Below, piece by piece: positions 44,465 to 54,767 of a stretch of DNA of 64,000 nucleotides (its first letter is position 1; each line of letters begins with the position of its first letter). Position numbers and translations under genes: made by a program. The notes below the pieces were generated by a model. It saw only the letters and a list, made by a program, of their open reading frames with translations. It made no database searches and was not told the DNA's origin. The DNA comes from Gammaproteobacteria bacterium (GTDB lineage: Bacteria > Pseudomonadota > Gammaproteobacteria > QQUJ01). The DNA is taken from assembly GCA_050287605.1 (NCBI GenBank), contig JBNKCG010000018.1, positions 43,291-107,290 on the forward strand. Direction: 5' to 3'.

Positions 44465-44678
44465 CCTCTGGCTCCGACTGCAGCAGCATCCAGTCGAGGA
44501 TATCCTGATCCCGGGATTCCAACATACGCTCGAAGGCGTCGCACTCCGCCGCGTTCAGCTGATCGTAGCCAGCGTCGAAAAATGTCAGGAACAGCTCGTC
44601 GAGCTCCAGCATCCCACGCCGGCACCGCCAGCGCAGACGGCGCTTGCGTGCGGCATGATCTTCGCTGGACGGTGACAT
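44412..44678 (-). CDS. sdhE: FAD assembly factor SdhE
   Basis: RKRRLRWRCRRGMLELDELF...RGD...LDWMLLQ SdhE/YgfY family; start set at internal ATG 44678 just after sdhB. Confidence 0.8.
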   Translation of the reverse strand: MSPSSEDHAARKRRLRWRCRRGMLELDELFLTFFDAGYDQLNAAECDAFERMLESRDQDILDWMLLQSEPEDGEFRNLVDKIRRAALR

Positions 44679-44713
44679 GGCGGAGCCGCAACGCCCTTCG
44701 GCAAGGCGCAGCG

Positions 44714-45421
44714 TCAAACGCTGCGCTTGAGCATGAGCTGTTTGATGTGGCCGATGGCCTTGGTGGGATTGAGGCCTTTGGGGCACGCTTCCACGCAGTT
44801 CATGATGCTGTGACAGCGGAACAGCTTGTAGGGGTCTTCCAGATCATCCAGACGCTCATCGGTAGCCTGATCGCGGCTGTCGGCGAGGAAACGCCACGAC
44901 TGCAGCAACGCGGCCGGTCCCATGTATTTGTCGGGGTTCCACCAGAACGACGGACACGAGGTGGAGCAGCAGCCGCACAGGATGCATTCGTAAAGGCCAA
45001 CCAGCTTCTCGTTGTCCTCAACACTCTGCAGGCGCTCCTTCTCCGGCGCCGGATCGTTGTTGATGAGGTAAGGCTTGGCCACCCGGTACTGATGGTAGAA
45101 CTGGCTCATGTCGACCACCAGATCGCGAATAATCGGCAGCCCGGGCACGGGACGAACCTGCACCGGTTCCTTCAGCGTCACCACTGGGGTGATGCAGGCC
45201 AGGCGGTTGCGACCGTTGATATTGAGCGCGTCGGAACCGCACACCCCTTCGCCGCAGGAGTGGCGGAAGGTGAGGGTCTCGTCCTGGGCCTTGAGCAGGA
45301 TCAACGCCTCGCGGACCATCATCTCATCGTTGACCTCCAGCTCGAAATTCTGCATGTGCGGCGCGCTGTCGGTGTCCGGGTTGTAGCGATAGATCGAAAA
45401 ACGCATAGTTTGCAAATCCAA
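44714..45421 (-). CDS. sdhB: succinate dehydrogenase iron-sulfur subunit
   Basis: 2Fe-2S CGEGVCGSDA, 4Fe-4S CILCGCCSTSC, 3Fe-4S CHSIMNCVEACPK motifs. Confidence 0.95.
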   Translation of the reverse strand: MDLQTMRFSIYRYNPDTDSAPHMQNFELEVNDEMMVREALILLKAQDETLTFRHSCGEGVCGSDALNINGRNRLACITPVVTLKEPVQVRPVPGLPIIRDLVVDMSQFYHQYRVAKPYLINNDPAPEKERLQSVEDNEKLVGLYECILCGCCSTSCPSFWWNPDKYMGPAALLQSWRFLADSRDQATDERLDDLEDPYKLFRCHSIMNCVEACPKGLNPTKAIGHIKQLMLKRSV

Positions 45422-45458
45422 TTCCGGGTTTCAGTCGAGGCCCTTAAACACCTTGCCG

Positions 45459-47246
45459 TCAGTACACGCGCTTCTTCGGCGGGAAGGATTCCACGGTAAG
45501 CGGCTGCATGCGCACCGGTTTGTAGCGCAGCTCGCGGCCCTCCTTGAAGAACAGTGTGTGCTTCAGCCACTCCTGGTCATCGCGTTCAGGGTAGTCCACG
45601 CGCGCATGGGCGCCGCGGCTTTCCTTGCGTGCCAGCGCCGACACCATGGTAGCCGTCGCAACTTCGATCAGGTTCTCCAGTTCCAGCGCCTCCATGCGTG
45701 CCGTGTTGAAGGTAGCGCTGTGATCGCGCAAGCGCACGTCCGGTAGCTTCGCTGCAACCTCCACGATGCGCTCGACGCCTTCGGCCATCACTTCGTCGGT
45801 GCGGAACACCCCGCAGTGATCCTCCATTACCTTTTTCATCTCATTGCGCAACTCGTCGACCGTGATGCCGTCGCCACGCTGATCCCAGCGCGCGGCGCGC
45901 GCCCGCGCGGCGTCGATGCTCTCGGCGTCGAGTTCCTGATGATTGGGGTTCTTGCGCACATACTCGATCATGCTGTTGGCCGCTGCGCGCCCGAACACCA
46001 CGATGTCGAGCAGCGAGTTACCGCCCAGGCGATTGGCACCGTGCACCGAGGCGCAGGCGCACTCACCGGCCGCATAAAGCCCCGGCACCACCTCTTCGGT
46101 CCCGCTCCCCGACAACGTCACCACCTCGGCGAAGCGGTTGGTGGGAATGCCGCCCATGGCGTAGTGCGCCGTGGGATAGACGGGAATCGGCTTCTCGATG
46201 GGATCGATATGGGCGAAGATGATGGAGCTTTCGCGGATACCGGGCAGACGCTTCATGATCGTCTCGGCGCCCAGGTGATCCAACTTCAGCAGCACGTGAT
46301 CCTTGTTGGGTCCGTTGCCACGCCCCTCCTTCACCTCGGTGTACATGGAACGGGAGACCACGTCGCGACTGGCCAGGTCTTTGGCATTGGGCGCATAGCG
46401 CTCCATGAAGCGCTCGCCCTCACCGTTCACCAGATAACCGCCTTCGCCGCGCACACCCTCGGTGATCAACATGCCTTTGCCGGCAATGCCGGTGGGGTGA
46501 AACTGGAAAAACTCCATGTCCTGAATCGGCAAACCGGCACGCAGCACCATGGCGGCACCGTCACCGGTGTTGATCCGAGCATTGGTGGTGGTGCGGAAGA
46601 TCTGCCCGTAGCCGCCGCTGGCGAACAGCGTGGTCTTTGCCTGCACGACCGTTATCTCGCCGGTCTCGATTTCCATCACCAGGGCACCCTGGATGGCACC
46701 ATCGGCGCCGCGCAGCAGATCGATGGCGAAATACTCGTCGAAGAAATGCGTCGCGGCACGAATGTTCTGCTGGTACAGCGTGTGGAGCATGGCGTGACCG
46801 GTACGGTCGGCCGCGGCACAAGTGCGCGCCGCTTGGTCTCCGCCGAAATTCTGGCTCTGGCCGCCGAACGGGCGCTGGTAGATGCGCCCCTTCTCGGTAC
46901 GCGAAAACGGCAGCCCGAAATGCTCCAACTCGTAGACGATCTCCGAGGCGACGCGGCACATGTACTCGATGGCATCCTGGTCACCGAGGTAGTCGCTGCC
47001 CTTGACGGTGTCGAACATGTGCCAGTGCCAGTTGTCCGGCAGCACGTTGGCCAGCGCCGCGTTGATGCCGCCCTGCGCCGCCACCGTGTGGGACCGGGTC
47101 GGAAACACCTTGGAGACCACCGCAACCCGGATCCCGGCGTCGGCCAACTGCAGCGCCGCGCGCAATCCAGCGCCGCCTGCACCGATGACCAACGCATCGA
47201 ATTTCTGAACAGGGAGACTCATGAGTTCACCACCACGAAGAGAATA
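45459..47246 (-). CDS. sdhA: succinate dehydrogenase flavoprotein subunit
   Basis: MSLPVQKFDALVIGAGGAG FAD fold and covalent-FAD His region; start set at internal ATG 47246 (track ORF extends upstream). Confidence 0.95.
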   Translation of the reverse strand, partial: YSLRGGELMSLPVQKFDALVIGAGGAGLRAALQLADAGIRVAVVSKVFPTRSHTVAAQGGINAALANVLPDNWHWHMFDTVKGSDYLGDQDAIEYMCRVASEIVYELEHFGLPFSRTEKGRIYQRPFGGQSQNFGGDQAARTCAAADRTGHAMLHTLYQQNIRAATHFFDEYFAIDLLRGADGAIQGALVMEIETGEITVVQAKTTLFASGGYGQIFRTTTNARINTGDGAAMVLRAGLPIQDMEFFQFHPTGIAGKGMLITEGVRGEGGYLVNGEGERFMERYAPNAKDLASRDVVSRSMYTEVKEGRGNGPNKDHVLLKLDHLGAETIMKRLPGIRESSIIFAHIDPIEKPIPVYPTAHYAMGGIPTNRFAEVVTLSGSGTEEVVPGLYAAGECACASVHGANRLGGNSLLDIVVFGRAAANSMIEYVRKNPNHQELDAESIDAARARAARWDQRGDGITVDELRNEMKKVMEDHCGVFRTDEVMAEGVERIVEVAAKLPDVRLRDHSATFNTARMEALELENLIEVATATMVSALARKESRGAHARVDYPERDDQEWLKHTLFFKEGRELRYKPVRMQPLTVESFPPKKRVY

Positions 47247-47560
47247 CGCACCGCCCAAACGGCGTAGGCCAGCAGGGCGAAGGCCACCACACCCAGCAGC
47301 GAGATCCGCAATCCGAAGGGATGCAGATAGTCGATAAAGACGTCGCGAATGCCCACCCAGGCGTGGAGCAGCAGCGACAGCATCGCCAGCGCCCACAGCA
47401 CGCCCACCAGCGGATCGGCAATCCATCCGCGCCACGCGTCGAACGAACCCGATGCTGTGGTCATCAGGTGGAACACCACGTAGAGGACGAACAGTCCCAA
47501 GTAGATTGCGGAGACGCGCTGCACCAGCCAGGCGCGCAAACCATGTGCCCGTCTGCTCAT
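47219..47560 (-). CDS. sdhD: succinate dehydrogenase hydrophobic anchor subunit
   Basis: 3-TM 113-aa protein; ATGA overlap with the sdhC stop; start at MSRRAHG. Confidence 0.8.
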   Translation of the reverse strand: MSRRAHGLRAWLVQRVSAIYLGLFVLYVVFHLMTTASGSFDAWRGWIADPLVGVLWALAMLSLLLHAWVGIRDVFIDYLHPFGLRISLLGVVAFALLAYAVWAVRILFVVVNS

Positions 47561-47937
47561 GCGAACACCCCCACCAAAGTGATCAGGGCCGCAATCGCAC
47601 CGATGGCCATCACGATGACCGCCGAGGTGCGCGCCGCCACCTTTTCCACACCGATATCGATGTCGAGCAACAGGTAGCGGATACCCGCGCAGAGGTGATG
47701 CGTCAGCGCCCACACTAGCGCCACGACCACCAGTTTCATAAACACCCCGCTCATCAGCGCCGCGACATGGGCGTAACCCTCCGGGCTGACCAGCGAGAGC
47801 TCGAGGACGTAGAGAAACAGGGGGATCGCCAAAAACATCAATACCCCCGAGGCTCGGTGCGCGATCGATGCATACCCCACCAACGGCAATCGAAAGCGCA
47901 ACAAGTCAAGATTCTTTGGGCGCGTCTGAGTGACCAT
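47557..47937 (-). CDS. sdhC: succinate dehydrogenase cytochrome b556 subunit
   Basis: MVTQTRPKNLDLLRF...SIAHRASGV N-terminus; 3 TM helices; ~126 aa. Confidence 0.8.
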   Translation of the reverse strand: MVTQTRPKNLDLLRFRLPLVGYASIAHRASGVLMFLAIPLFLYVLELSLVSPEGYAHVAALMSGVFMKLVVVALVWALTHHLCAGIRYLLLDIDIGVEKVAARTSAVIVMAIGAIAALITLVGVFA

Positions 47938-48172
47938 TACCTGATCCAAAGGTGTTATTGCGAGTGAGAAAAGGCGCCGCAAAGCGACGCCAAAAGCCGC
48001 GCCCGATTTTAATCGCTTATGCTTGCATAAGCAAACGTGATTTTGGAACGCGACGCCGCTCGCCTCGCCCCGCCATCGAGCGCGTCGACGGCACACCCCG
48101 TAATCATGCCGCTTGGAGACCGGGGGTTGCGTTGTTAAGATTTCTACTGCGTTTTTGTCGGGAATATCGATC

Positions 48173-49234
48173 ATGCACAGCGACTGGCACGCGCGATTGA
48201 GCGCAGGTGGCGCCACCCTCCGCGAGGGACGCGTCGAGCACTTCGGCGCCCTGCAGGAGGAGCTGCACGCCGCGGATTCGGGCACCATTCTCTGCGATCT
48301 GTCGCACGTTGCGCTGCTGGCGATATCCGGCGATGACGCCAGCGAGTTCCTGCAGGGCCAGCTGACCAACGACGTGCGCCAGCTGCAGGCCCATCAGAGT
48401 CAACTGAGCGCCTACTGCGACCACAAAGGTCGCATGCTGGCGCTGTTTCGCCTCTGGCCGCGGGACGGCGGCTTTCACGCCACGCTTCCCGCCGAGTTGG
48501 TCGAGGAGACCCTCAAGCGGCTGCGCATGTTCGTCCTGCGCGCCAAGGTGGAGCTGCACGACCTCAGTGACCAGATCATCCGCATGGGCTTGGCGGGAGA
48601 CGGTGCTGCCGACCTGCTCCAGCGCCATGCCGGCGAGGTACCCTCGGCGGCCGACGAGTTCGTCGATCACGGCACGCTGCGCATCACGCGTCTGCCGGGC
48701 GGGCATCCCCGTTTCGAGCTGCATGTCGCACGCAGCGATGCCGGCGACCTCTGGTCACGGCTGAGCGCCGAGGCCACGCCGGCGGGCGCGGCGTGCTGGG
48801 AGCTGCTCGCCATCCGGGCAGCGCAACCCGAGGTGGTCATGGCAACGCGCTCGCTGTTCACCCCGCAGATGCTCAACCTGGAAGTGCTCAACGGCGTGAG
48901 TTTCAGCAAAGGGTGCTACACCGGCCAGGAGGTGGTGGCGCGCACGCAGTTTCTCGGCACCATCAAACGCCGCATGTTCCCGGGGAAAACGGTGTCCGGC
49001 ACCGCGCCCGGCCTGGGCGCCGAGGTGGCGGGTAGCGCAGCGGCGGAGGGTCAGGCCACCGGCCGAATCGTCCGCGTCGCGCCCGCGCCCGACGGCGGGT
49101 ACGAGGTGCTGGTATTGGCGCAGATCAGCGCCAAAGAGGCCGGGCCTGTGCATCTTGCGGAAGGCGACCAGACCGCGATTGTGCTGCGCGATCCGCCATA
49201 CAGCCTGGAGCAGGTCAAACCGGGCAGTCGCTGA
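48173..49234 (+). CDS. ygfZ: folate-binding Fe-S cluster repair / tRNA modification protein YgfZ
   Basis: GcvT-like fold with a C-terminal KGCY(T/P)GQE motif; divergent from the sdhE-ygfX side as in E. coli ygfZ/ygfY. Confidence 0.8.
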   Translation: MHSDWHARLSAGGATLREGRVEHFGALQEELHAADSGTILCDLSHVALLAISGDDASEFLQGQLTNDVRQLQAHQSQLSAYCDHKGRMLALFRLWPRDGGFHATLPAELVEETLKRLRMFVLRAKVELHDLSDQIIRMGLAGDGAADLLQRHAGEVPSAADEFVDHGTLRITRLPGGHPRFELHVARSDAGDLWSRLSAEATPAGAACWELLAIRAAQPEVVMATRSLFTPQMLNLEVLNGVSFSKGCYTGQEVVARTQFLGTIKRRMFPGKTVSGTAPGLGAEVAGSAAAEGQATGRIVRVAPAPDGGYEVLVLAQISAKEAGPVHLAEGDQTAIVLRDPPYSLEQVKPGSR

Positions 49235-49376
49235 CGCCCACCCTCTCCACCCGCCACCATGCCGTGCGCTGTGTGACGCCGCACTCCGGCCGCCGGGAAC
49301 GATCTGTTAGACTGCCCTGCAGGTCCTAAGCGCATAAGACCGGATCACACCCACCATAGGGAAACGATGCACCGCC

Positions 49377-50219
49377 ATGACTGACGCGTCCGACCAATTC
49401 CTCAAACAGCTGCTCGCCGACTTGGCCGGCAACCGGCTGGTGCTGCCCACCCTCCCCGAGGTCGCGCTGCGGGTGCGCGATACCGTGGAAGACGAGAACG
49501 CCTCAGCGGGGAAGATCGCCGATATCGTCGCCACCGACCCCGCGTTGGCCGCACGCTTGTTCCAGATCGCCAACAGCCCGCTGTATCGCGGCAACCGCCC
49601 CATCGACGATCTGAAGATGGCCATCACCCGCCTCGGTCTCGGCGTGGTGCGCAACGTGGTCACCAGCCTGGCGATGCAGCAGATTTTCCAACCGACCTCC
49701 GACGCACTGGACCGGCGCTTTCGCCACATCTGGGAGCACAGCACCGAGGTGGCCGCCATCAGCTCAGTGCTGGCCAAGCAGTACACGCGTCTGCGCCCCG
49801 ACGAGGCGATGCTGGCCGGTCTGGTGCACGAGATCGGCGCGTTGCCCATCCTCAGCCGCGCCGAAGACGACCCGGCACTGGCCGAAGACGAAGCGCGCCT
49901 GGACGCACTGCTACAGCAGGCCACCGGCCCGGTGGGCGAGGCCATACTCAAGACATGGGGCTTCCCGCCCGCCCTGGTGGCGGTTCCCAAAGGCGTGCTT
50001 GACTTGCAGCGCAACTCCGGCGACAAACCCGACTACGTGGACGTGGTCCAGGTCGCCAAGCTGCAGGCGTTGTTCGGTAGCCAGCACCCATTGGGGAACG
50101 TGGATTGGGCCACCGTGCCCGCGTTTGCCAAACTCGGCATCGCTTGCGACGTGGAAGAGATCTCCATCGATGTTCCCAGTGAAGATGTCGACGCCGTGCG
50201 CGACCTGCTGGCAGGATAG
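49377..50219 (+). CDS. HDOD-domain signalling protein
   Basis: ~280-aa HD-related output domain (TLPEVALRV...IANSPLY...LVHEIG). Confidence 0.8.
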   Translation: MTDASDQFLKQLLADLAGNRLVLPTLPEVALRVRDTVEDENASAGKIADIVATDPALAARLFQIANSPLYRGNRPIDDLKMAITRLGLGVVRNVVTSLAMQQIFQPTSDALDRRFRHIWEHSTEVAAISSVLAKQYTRLRPDEAMLAGLVHEIGALPILSRAEDDPALAEDEARLDALLQQATGPVGEAILKTWGFPPALVAVPKGVLDLQRNSGDKPDYVDVVQVAKLQALFGSQHPLGNVDWATVPAFAKLGIACDVEEISIDVPSEDVDAVRDLLAG

Positions 50220-50235
50220 CCGCCGTCCGGACGCA

Positions 50236-50268
50236 ACAAAAAAAGGCCCGCACCGCGGGCCTTTTTTC
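50236..50268. terminator. bidirectional rho-independent terminator between the HDOD gene and lysS
   Basis: AAAAAAAGGCCCGCACCGCGGGCCTTTTTTC: GC stem with an A-run and a T-run. Confidence 0.8.
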
Positions 50269-50286
50269 TTGGCTATCACATGCCGC

Positions 50287-51780
50287 TCATGCCTTGCTTT
50301 CCGGCCGCATGTGGGGGAATAGCAGCACGTCGCGTATGGATGGTGAATCGGTGAAGAGCATCACCAACCGGTCGATGCCGATGCCCTCACCCGCCGTTGG
50401 CGGCATACCATGCTCCAGAGCGGTGACGTAGTCGGCATCGAAGTGCATCGCCTCCTCGTCGCCGGCCTCCTTTTCCGCCACCTGCTTGCGGAACCGTTCC
50501 GCCTGATCCTCGGCATCGTTCAGCTCCGAAAACCCATTGGCGATCTCGCGCCCGCCGACGAAGAACTCGAAGCGGTCGGTGACGAAGGGATTGGCGTCGT
50601 TGCGGCGCGCCAACGGTGACACCTCGGTGGGATAGGCGGTGATGAAGGTGGGATCCTTGAGGCGGTGCTCAACGGTCTTTTCGAAAATCTCGATCTGCAC
50701 CTTGCCCAATCCCCAACTCTCCTTTAACGGGATCTCAAGACGCCGAGCGATGACCCGCGCCGCTTCCAAGTCATCGATCTCCGCCGCGCCGATATCGGCG
50801 TTGAAGTGCAGGATGGAGTCGCGCACGCTCATGCGCGCGAACGGCTTGCCGAAATCGTAGCTCTCGCCCTGGTGGGTGACGGTGGTGGTGCCGACGATGT
50901 CACTGGCGATACCACGCAGCAGCGTCTCCGTGAGGTTCATCAGGTCGTGGAAGTCGGCGTACGCCTCGTAGAACTCCAGCATGGTGAACTCGGGATTGTG
51001 CTGGGTGGAAAGGCCTTCGTTGCGGAAATTGCGGTTGATCTCAAACACCTTCTCGAATCCACCCACCACCAGGCGCTTGAGGTAGAGCTCCGGCGCAATG
51101 CGCAGATAGAGACCCATATCGAGCGCATTGTGGTGGGTGACGAAGGGACGCGCCGCTGCGCCACCGGGGATCAACTGCATCATCGGCGTTTCGACTTCGA
51201 GAAAACCCCGTTCCACCAGAAAGTCGCGCACGTAGTTGATGATGGCCGAGCGCAGCCGGAAGGTGCGGCGCGTCTCCTCGTTGACGATAAGATCGAGGTA
51301 GCGCTGGCGGTAGCGGGTCTCGGTATCGGTAAGCCCGTGCCACTTCTCCGGCAGGGGGCGCAGCGATTTGGTGAGCAGGCGCAGCTCCTCCACCTTCACC
51401 GACAGCTCGCCGGTCTTGGTCTTGAACAGCGTCCCCTCGGCGCCGATGATGTCGCCCACGTCCCAGCCTTTGAAACGCTGATAGACGCCTTCCGCCAGCG
51501 CATCGCGCTGCACGAACAGCTGGATACGGCCCGACATGTCCATCAGGTGGGCAAAGCTCGCCTTGCCCATCACCCGCTTGCCCATCATGCGCCCGGCCAC
51601 GCGTACGCGCCGCGGCTGCGCTTCCAGTTCCTCCGCGCTCTTCTCGCCGTACTCGGCGTGCAGTTCGCCCGCTACCACGTCGCGGCGGAAATCGTTGGGA
51701 AACGCAACACCCTCTTCGCGCAGCTGTTGCAACTTCGCGCGTCGCTGGGCGATCAGGGCGTGTTCTTCATCGTTGTTCAT
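50287..51780 (-). CDS. lysS: lysyl-tRNA synthetase (class II)
   Basis: Full-length LysRS; prfB-lysS order as in E. coli. Confidence 0.95.
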   Translation of the reverse strand: MNNDEEHALIAQRRAKLQQLREEGVAFPNDFRRDVVAGELHAEYGEKSAEELEAQPRRVRVAGRMMGKRVMGKASFAHLMDMSGRIQLFVQRDALAEGVYQRFKGWDVGDIIGAEGTLFKTKTGELSVKVEELRLLTKSLRPLPEKWHGLTDTETRYRQRYLDLIVNEETRRTFRLRSAIINYVRDFLVERGFLEVETPMMQLIPGGAAARPFVTHHNALDMGLYLRIAPELYLKRLVVGGFEKVFEINRNFRNEGLSTQHNPEFTMLEFYEAYADFHDLMNLTETLLRGIASDIVGTTTVTHQGESYDFGKPFARMSVRDSILHFNADIGAAEIDDLEAARVIARRLEIPLKESWGLGKVQIEIFEKTVEHRLKDPTFITAYPTEVSPLARRNDANPFVTDRFEFFVGGREIANGFSELNDAEDQAERFRKQVAEKEAGDEEAMHFDADYVTALEHGMPPTAGEGIGIDRLVMLFTDSPSIRDVLLFPHMRPESKA

Positions 51781-51857
51781 AATTCAATCTCTTAAGTTCT
51801 CTCGCCAAGCCGCTAAGCCAACACGTTGAGAGTTTGCGTTCCCAGTAAGAGCACCGG

Positions 51858-52956
51858 TTACAAACCGCTCTTCAGACTCGCTTCGATGAATTGATCCAGG
51901 TCACCGTCCAGCACCGCCTGGGTGTTGCCCACCTCGACGCCGGTGCGCAGGTCCTTGATGCGCGACTGGTCCAGTACGTAGGAGCGGATCTGGCTACCCC
52001 AGCCGATGTCGGCCTTGGAATCCTCCAGCGCCTGCTGCTCGGCGGTGCGTTTCTGCAGCTCCAGCTCGTAGAGCTTGGCGCGCAGCTGTTTCATACAGCG
52101 ATCCTTGTTCTGGTGCTGCGAACGCTCGCTCTGGCACTGCACGACGATGCCCGAGGGCGCGTGAGTGATGCGCACCGCCGACTCGGTGCGGTTGACGTGC
52201 TGGCCGCCGGCGCCGCTGGCGCGGTAGACGTCGACGCGCAGGTCGGCGGGGTTGATCTCGATGTCGATATCGTCGTCCACTTCCGGCGAAACGAACACCG
52301 AGGCAAACGAGGTGTGACGACGGTTGCCCGAATCGAAGGGTGATTTGCGCACCAGCCGGTGCACGCCGATCTCCGTGCGTAACCAGCCGTAGGCGTAGTC
52401 GCCCTGGAAGCTGATGGTCGCGCTCTTGATGCCCGCCACCTCGCCCGGCGACACCTCCACCAGTTCGGTCTTGAAACCGCGCCGTTCGCCCCAGCGCAGG
52501 TACATGCGCAGCAGCATCTCCGCCCAATCCTGCGCCTCGGTACCGCCCGAGCCGGCCTGGACGTCGAGAAAGGCGTTGCTGGCATCCATCTCGCCGGAGA
52601 ACATGCGGCGGAACTCCAATTCGGCGACCTGGCGCTCGAACGCCGCCACATCGCTCTCCACCGAGGCGATGCTCTCCTCATCGCCCTCCTCGGCGGCTAG
52701 ATCGAGCAATTCGGCGGCATCCTTGAGACCGCCATCCAGCGTCTGCAAGGTGGTGACCACCTCCTGCAACCGGGCACGCTCGCGACCCAGCTCCTGGGCG
52801 CGGGCGGGTTCGTTCCAGACCTTGGGGTCTTCCAGCTCGCGCTCGACCTCGATCAGGCGTTCGCGTTTGGTCTCGTAGTCAAAGATACCCCCTCAGGGCT
52901 TCGGCGCGCCCTTGCAGGTCTTTGATCTGCTGGTGGATGGGATTGATTTCGGCCAT
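51858..52956 (-). CDS. prfB: peptide chain release factor 2, requires a programmed +1 ribosomal frameshift
   Basis: Frame 0 reads [25 protein letters not shown] then UGA; the +1 frame continues [13 protein letters not shown]...[18 protein letters not shown]...GGQ. Total about 365 aa. Confidence 0.9.
52870..52895 (-). promoter_or_regulatory. RF2 autoregulatory +1 frameshift site (internal SD AGGGGG, then CUU UGA C)
   Basis: Minus-strand sequence ...CTG AGG GGG TAT CTT TGA CTA CGA G... Confidence 0.85.
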
Positions 52957-53027
52957 GTGCGGGTTCGCCTGCGTATTCGAGCAAAGCGCGGAATTGTACC
53001 CAATTCAGCGCGTGCTTTATATGGCGC

Positions 53028-54767
53028 TTACGCGGATTCCAGATGCGCCACGATCAACTGCAACGTGCGCCGCCCGCGGTACTCGTTGATGTCGAGCCGA
53101 TAGACCATGCGCACCTCGTCGCCGATGCGCACGCCTTCCGGATCGCGGGCACGGAACCAGATGGCGTCCAACGTCTGGCCACCCGGCGGCGTCTGTACTG
53201 CGAGCTTCAGGTGCACCTCGCCAACGATGCGTCGGTCCGTCACCACAAAGCGCCCGTCGAACTGCGGCTCCGGGAAGGCCTGTCCCCAAGGTGCGGCCGT
53301 ACGCAGGGCGTGGGCGAACTCCAGGGTCAGATCGCCCGGCGGCAGCTCCCCGTCGCTCCACACCACCCCCTGCAGGGCGTCGGCCTGCAGATGACGGCGC
53401 ACCTCCCGGTCGAAGGCATCGCTGAAACGCTCCAGATTTTCGGGCAACAGCGTCAAACCGGCCGCCATGGCGTGCCCGCCGAAACGCACCACCAGGCCCG
53501 GATGGCGCGCCGCCACCGCATCCAGCGCATCGCGGATATGCAGGCCCGGTACCGAGCGCCCGGAACCCTTCAACTCACCGCTCTCGCCCGGCGCGAAGGC
53601 GATGACCGGGCGGTGCAGGCGATCCTTGACCCGCGAGGCCAAAATACCCACCACGCCCTGGTGCCAAGCGGCGTCGAACAGGCACAGCCCGAAGGGCAGA
53701 CCTTCGCTGCGTTCCAAGTGCAGGCTTTTGAGCGCGTGCCAGGCCTGCGCCTGCATCTCCTGCTCGATGCCGCGCCGCTCCTGGTTGAGGGTGTCGAGCC
53801 GGGTGGCCATCTCCAGCGCCGCGCCATCGTCGTCGCTCAGCAGACACTCGATCCCCAGCGACATCTCGGTGAGACGCCCCGCCGCGTTGAGGCGCGGGGC
53901 CACCGCGAAGCCCAGATCCGAGGCCACCAGCTGCGCCGCGTCGCGCCCCGCCACGGTGAGCAGCGCCCGAATTCCCGGGCAGGCGCGCCCGGCGCGGATG
54001 CGCCGCAGTCCCTGCTCCACCAGGATGCGGTTGTAGCGATCCAGCGCCACCACATCGGCCACCGTGCCCAGGGCCACCAGATCGAGCAGCTCCGCCAGGT
54101 TGGGCTCGGACGCAGGGTCAAAGCGTCCCGCCTCGCGCAGCGCGGCGCGCAACGCCAGCAGCACGTAGAACATCACACCGACACCGGCCAGGTGCCGGGT
54201 GGGAAATTCGCAGCCGGGCTGGTTGGGGTTGACGATGGCGGCCGCCGCGGGCAGCACGTCACCGGGCAGGTGGTGATCGGTGACCAGCACCGGGATGCCG
54301 CGTTGATTGGCGGCGGCAACGCCCTCCACGCTGGAGATGCCGTTGTCCACGGTGACGATGAGATCGGGATCTTGCGCGGCGGCCACCGCGACGATCTCGG
54401 GGCTCAGGCCGTAGCCGTAGCGGAAGCGATCGGGCACCACGTAACTGACCCGGCGCGCTCCCAGGGCACGCAATCCTCGGATGCCCAGGGCACAACTGGT
54501 GGCACCGTCGGCATCGTAATCGGCGACGATGAGGATGTGGCGCCCCTCATCGATGGCGGCACGCAACAAGGCGACGGCAGCGTCGATCCCTTTGAGTTGC
54601 CCGGTGGTAGGCAGCGCACCCAGCCCGGTCTCCAGCTCGGCGGCAGCCCGCACGCCGCGGGCGGCGAACACCCGGCGCAGCACCGGGTGCAGATCAGCGG
54701 GCAGCTGCGTCGGCGCATCGGGCACCGCGCGGCGACGAATGAGCGCGCCTGTCCCGGGCAGGGTCAT
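53028..54767 (-). CDS. recJ: single-stranded-DNA-specific exonuclease RecJ
   Basis: DHH and DHHA1 motifs (VADYDADGATS, TVDNGI, VTDHH, GGH); start set at MTLPGTG (~579 aa); the track ORF is 750 aa because of an upstream in-frame extension. Confidence 0.9.
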   Translation of the reverse strand: MTLPGTGALIRRRAVPDAPTQLPADLHPVLRRVFAARGVRAAAELETGLGALPTTGQLKGIDAAVALLRAAIDEGRHILIVADYDADGATSCALGIRGLRALGARRVSYVVPDRFRYGYGLSPEIVAVAAAQDPDLIVTVDNGISSVEGVAAANQRGIPVLVTDHHLPGDVLPAAAAIVNPNQPGCEFPTRHLAGVGVMFYVLLALRAALREAGRFDPASEPNLAELLDLVALGTVADVVALDRYNRILVEQGLRRIRAGRACPGIRALLTVAGRDAAQLVASDLGFAVAPRLNAAGRLTEMSLGIECLLSDDDGAALEMATRLDTLNQERRGIEQEMQAQAWHALKSLHLERSEGLPFGLCLFDAAWHQGVVGILASRVKDRLHRPVIAFAPGESGELKGSGRSVPGLHIRDALDAVAARHPGLVVRFGGHAMAAGLTLLPENLERFSDAFDREVRRHLQADALQGVVWSDGELPPGDLTLEFAHALRTAAPWGQAFPEPQFDGRFVVTDRRIVGEVHLKLAVQTPPGGQTLDAIWFRARDPEGVRIGDEVRMVYRLDINEYRGRRTLQLIVAHLESA

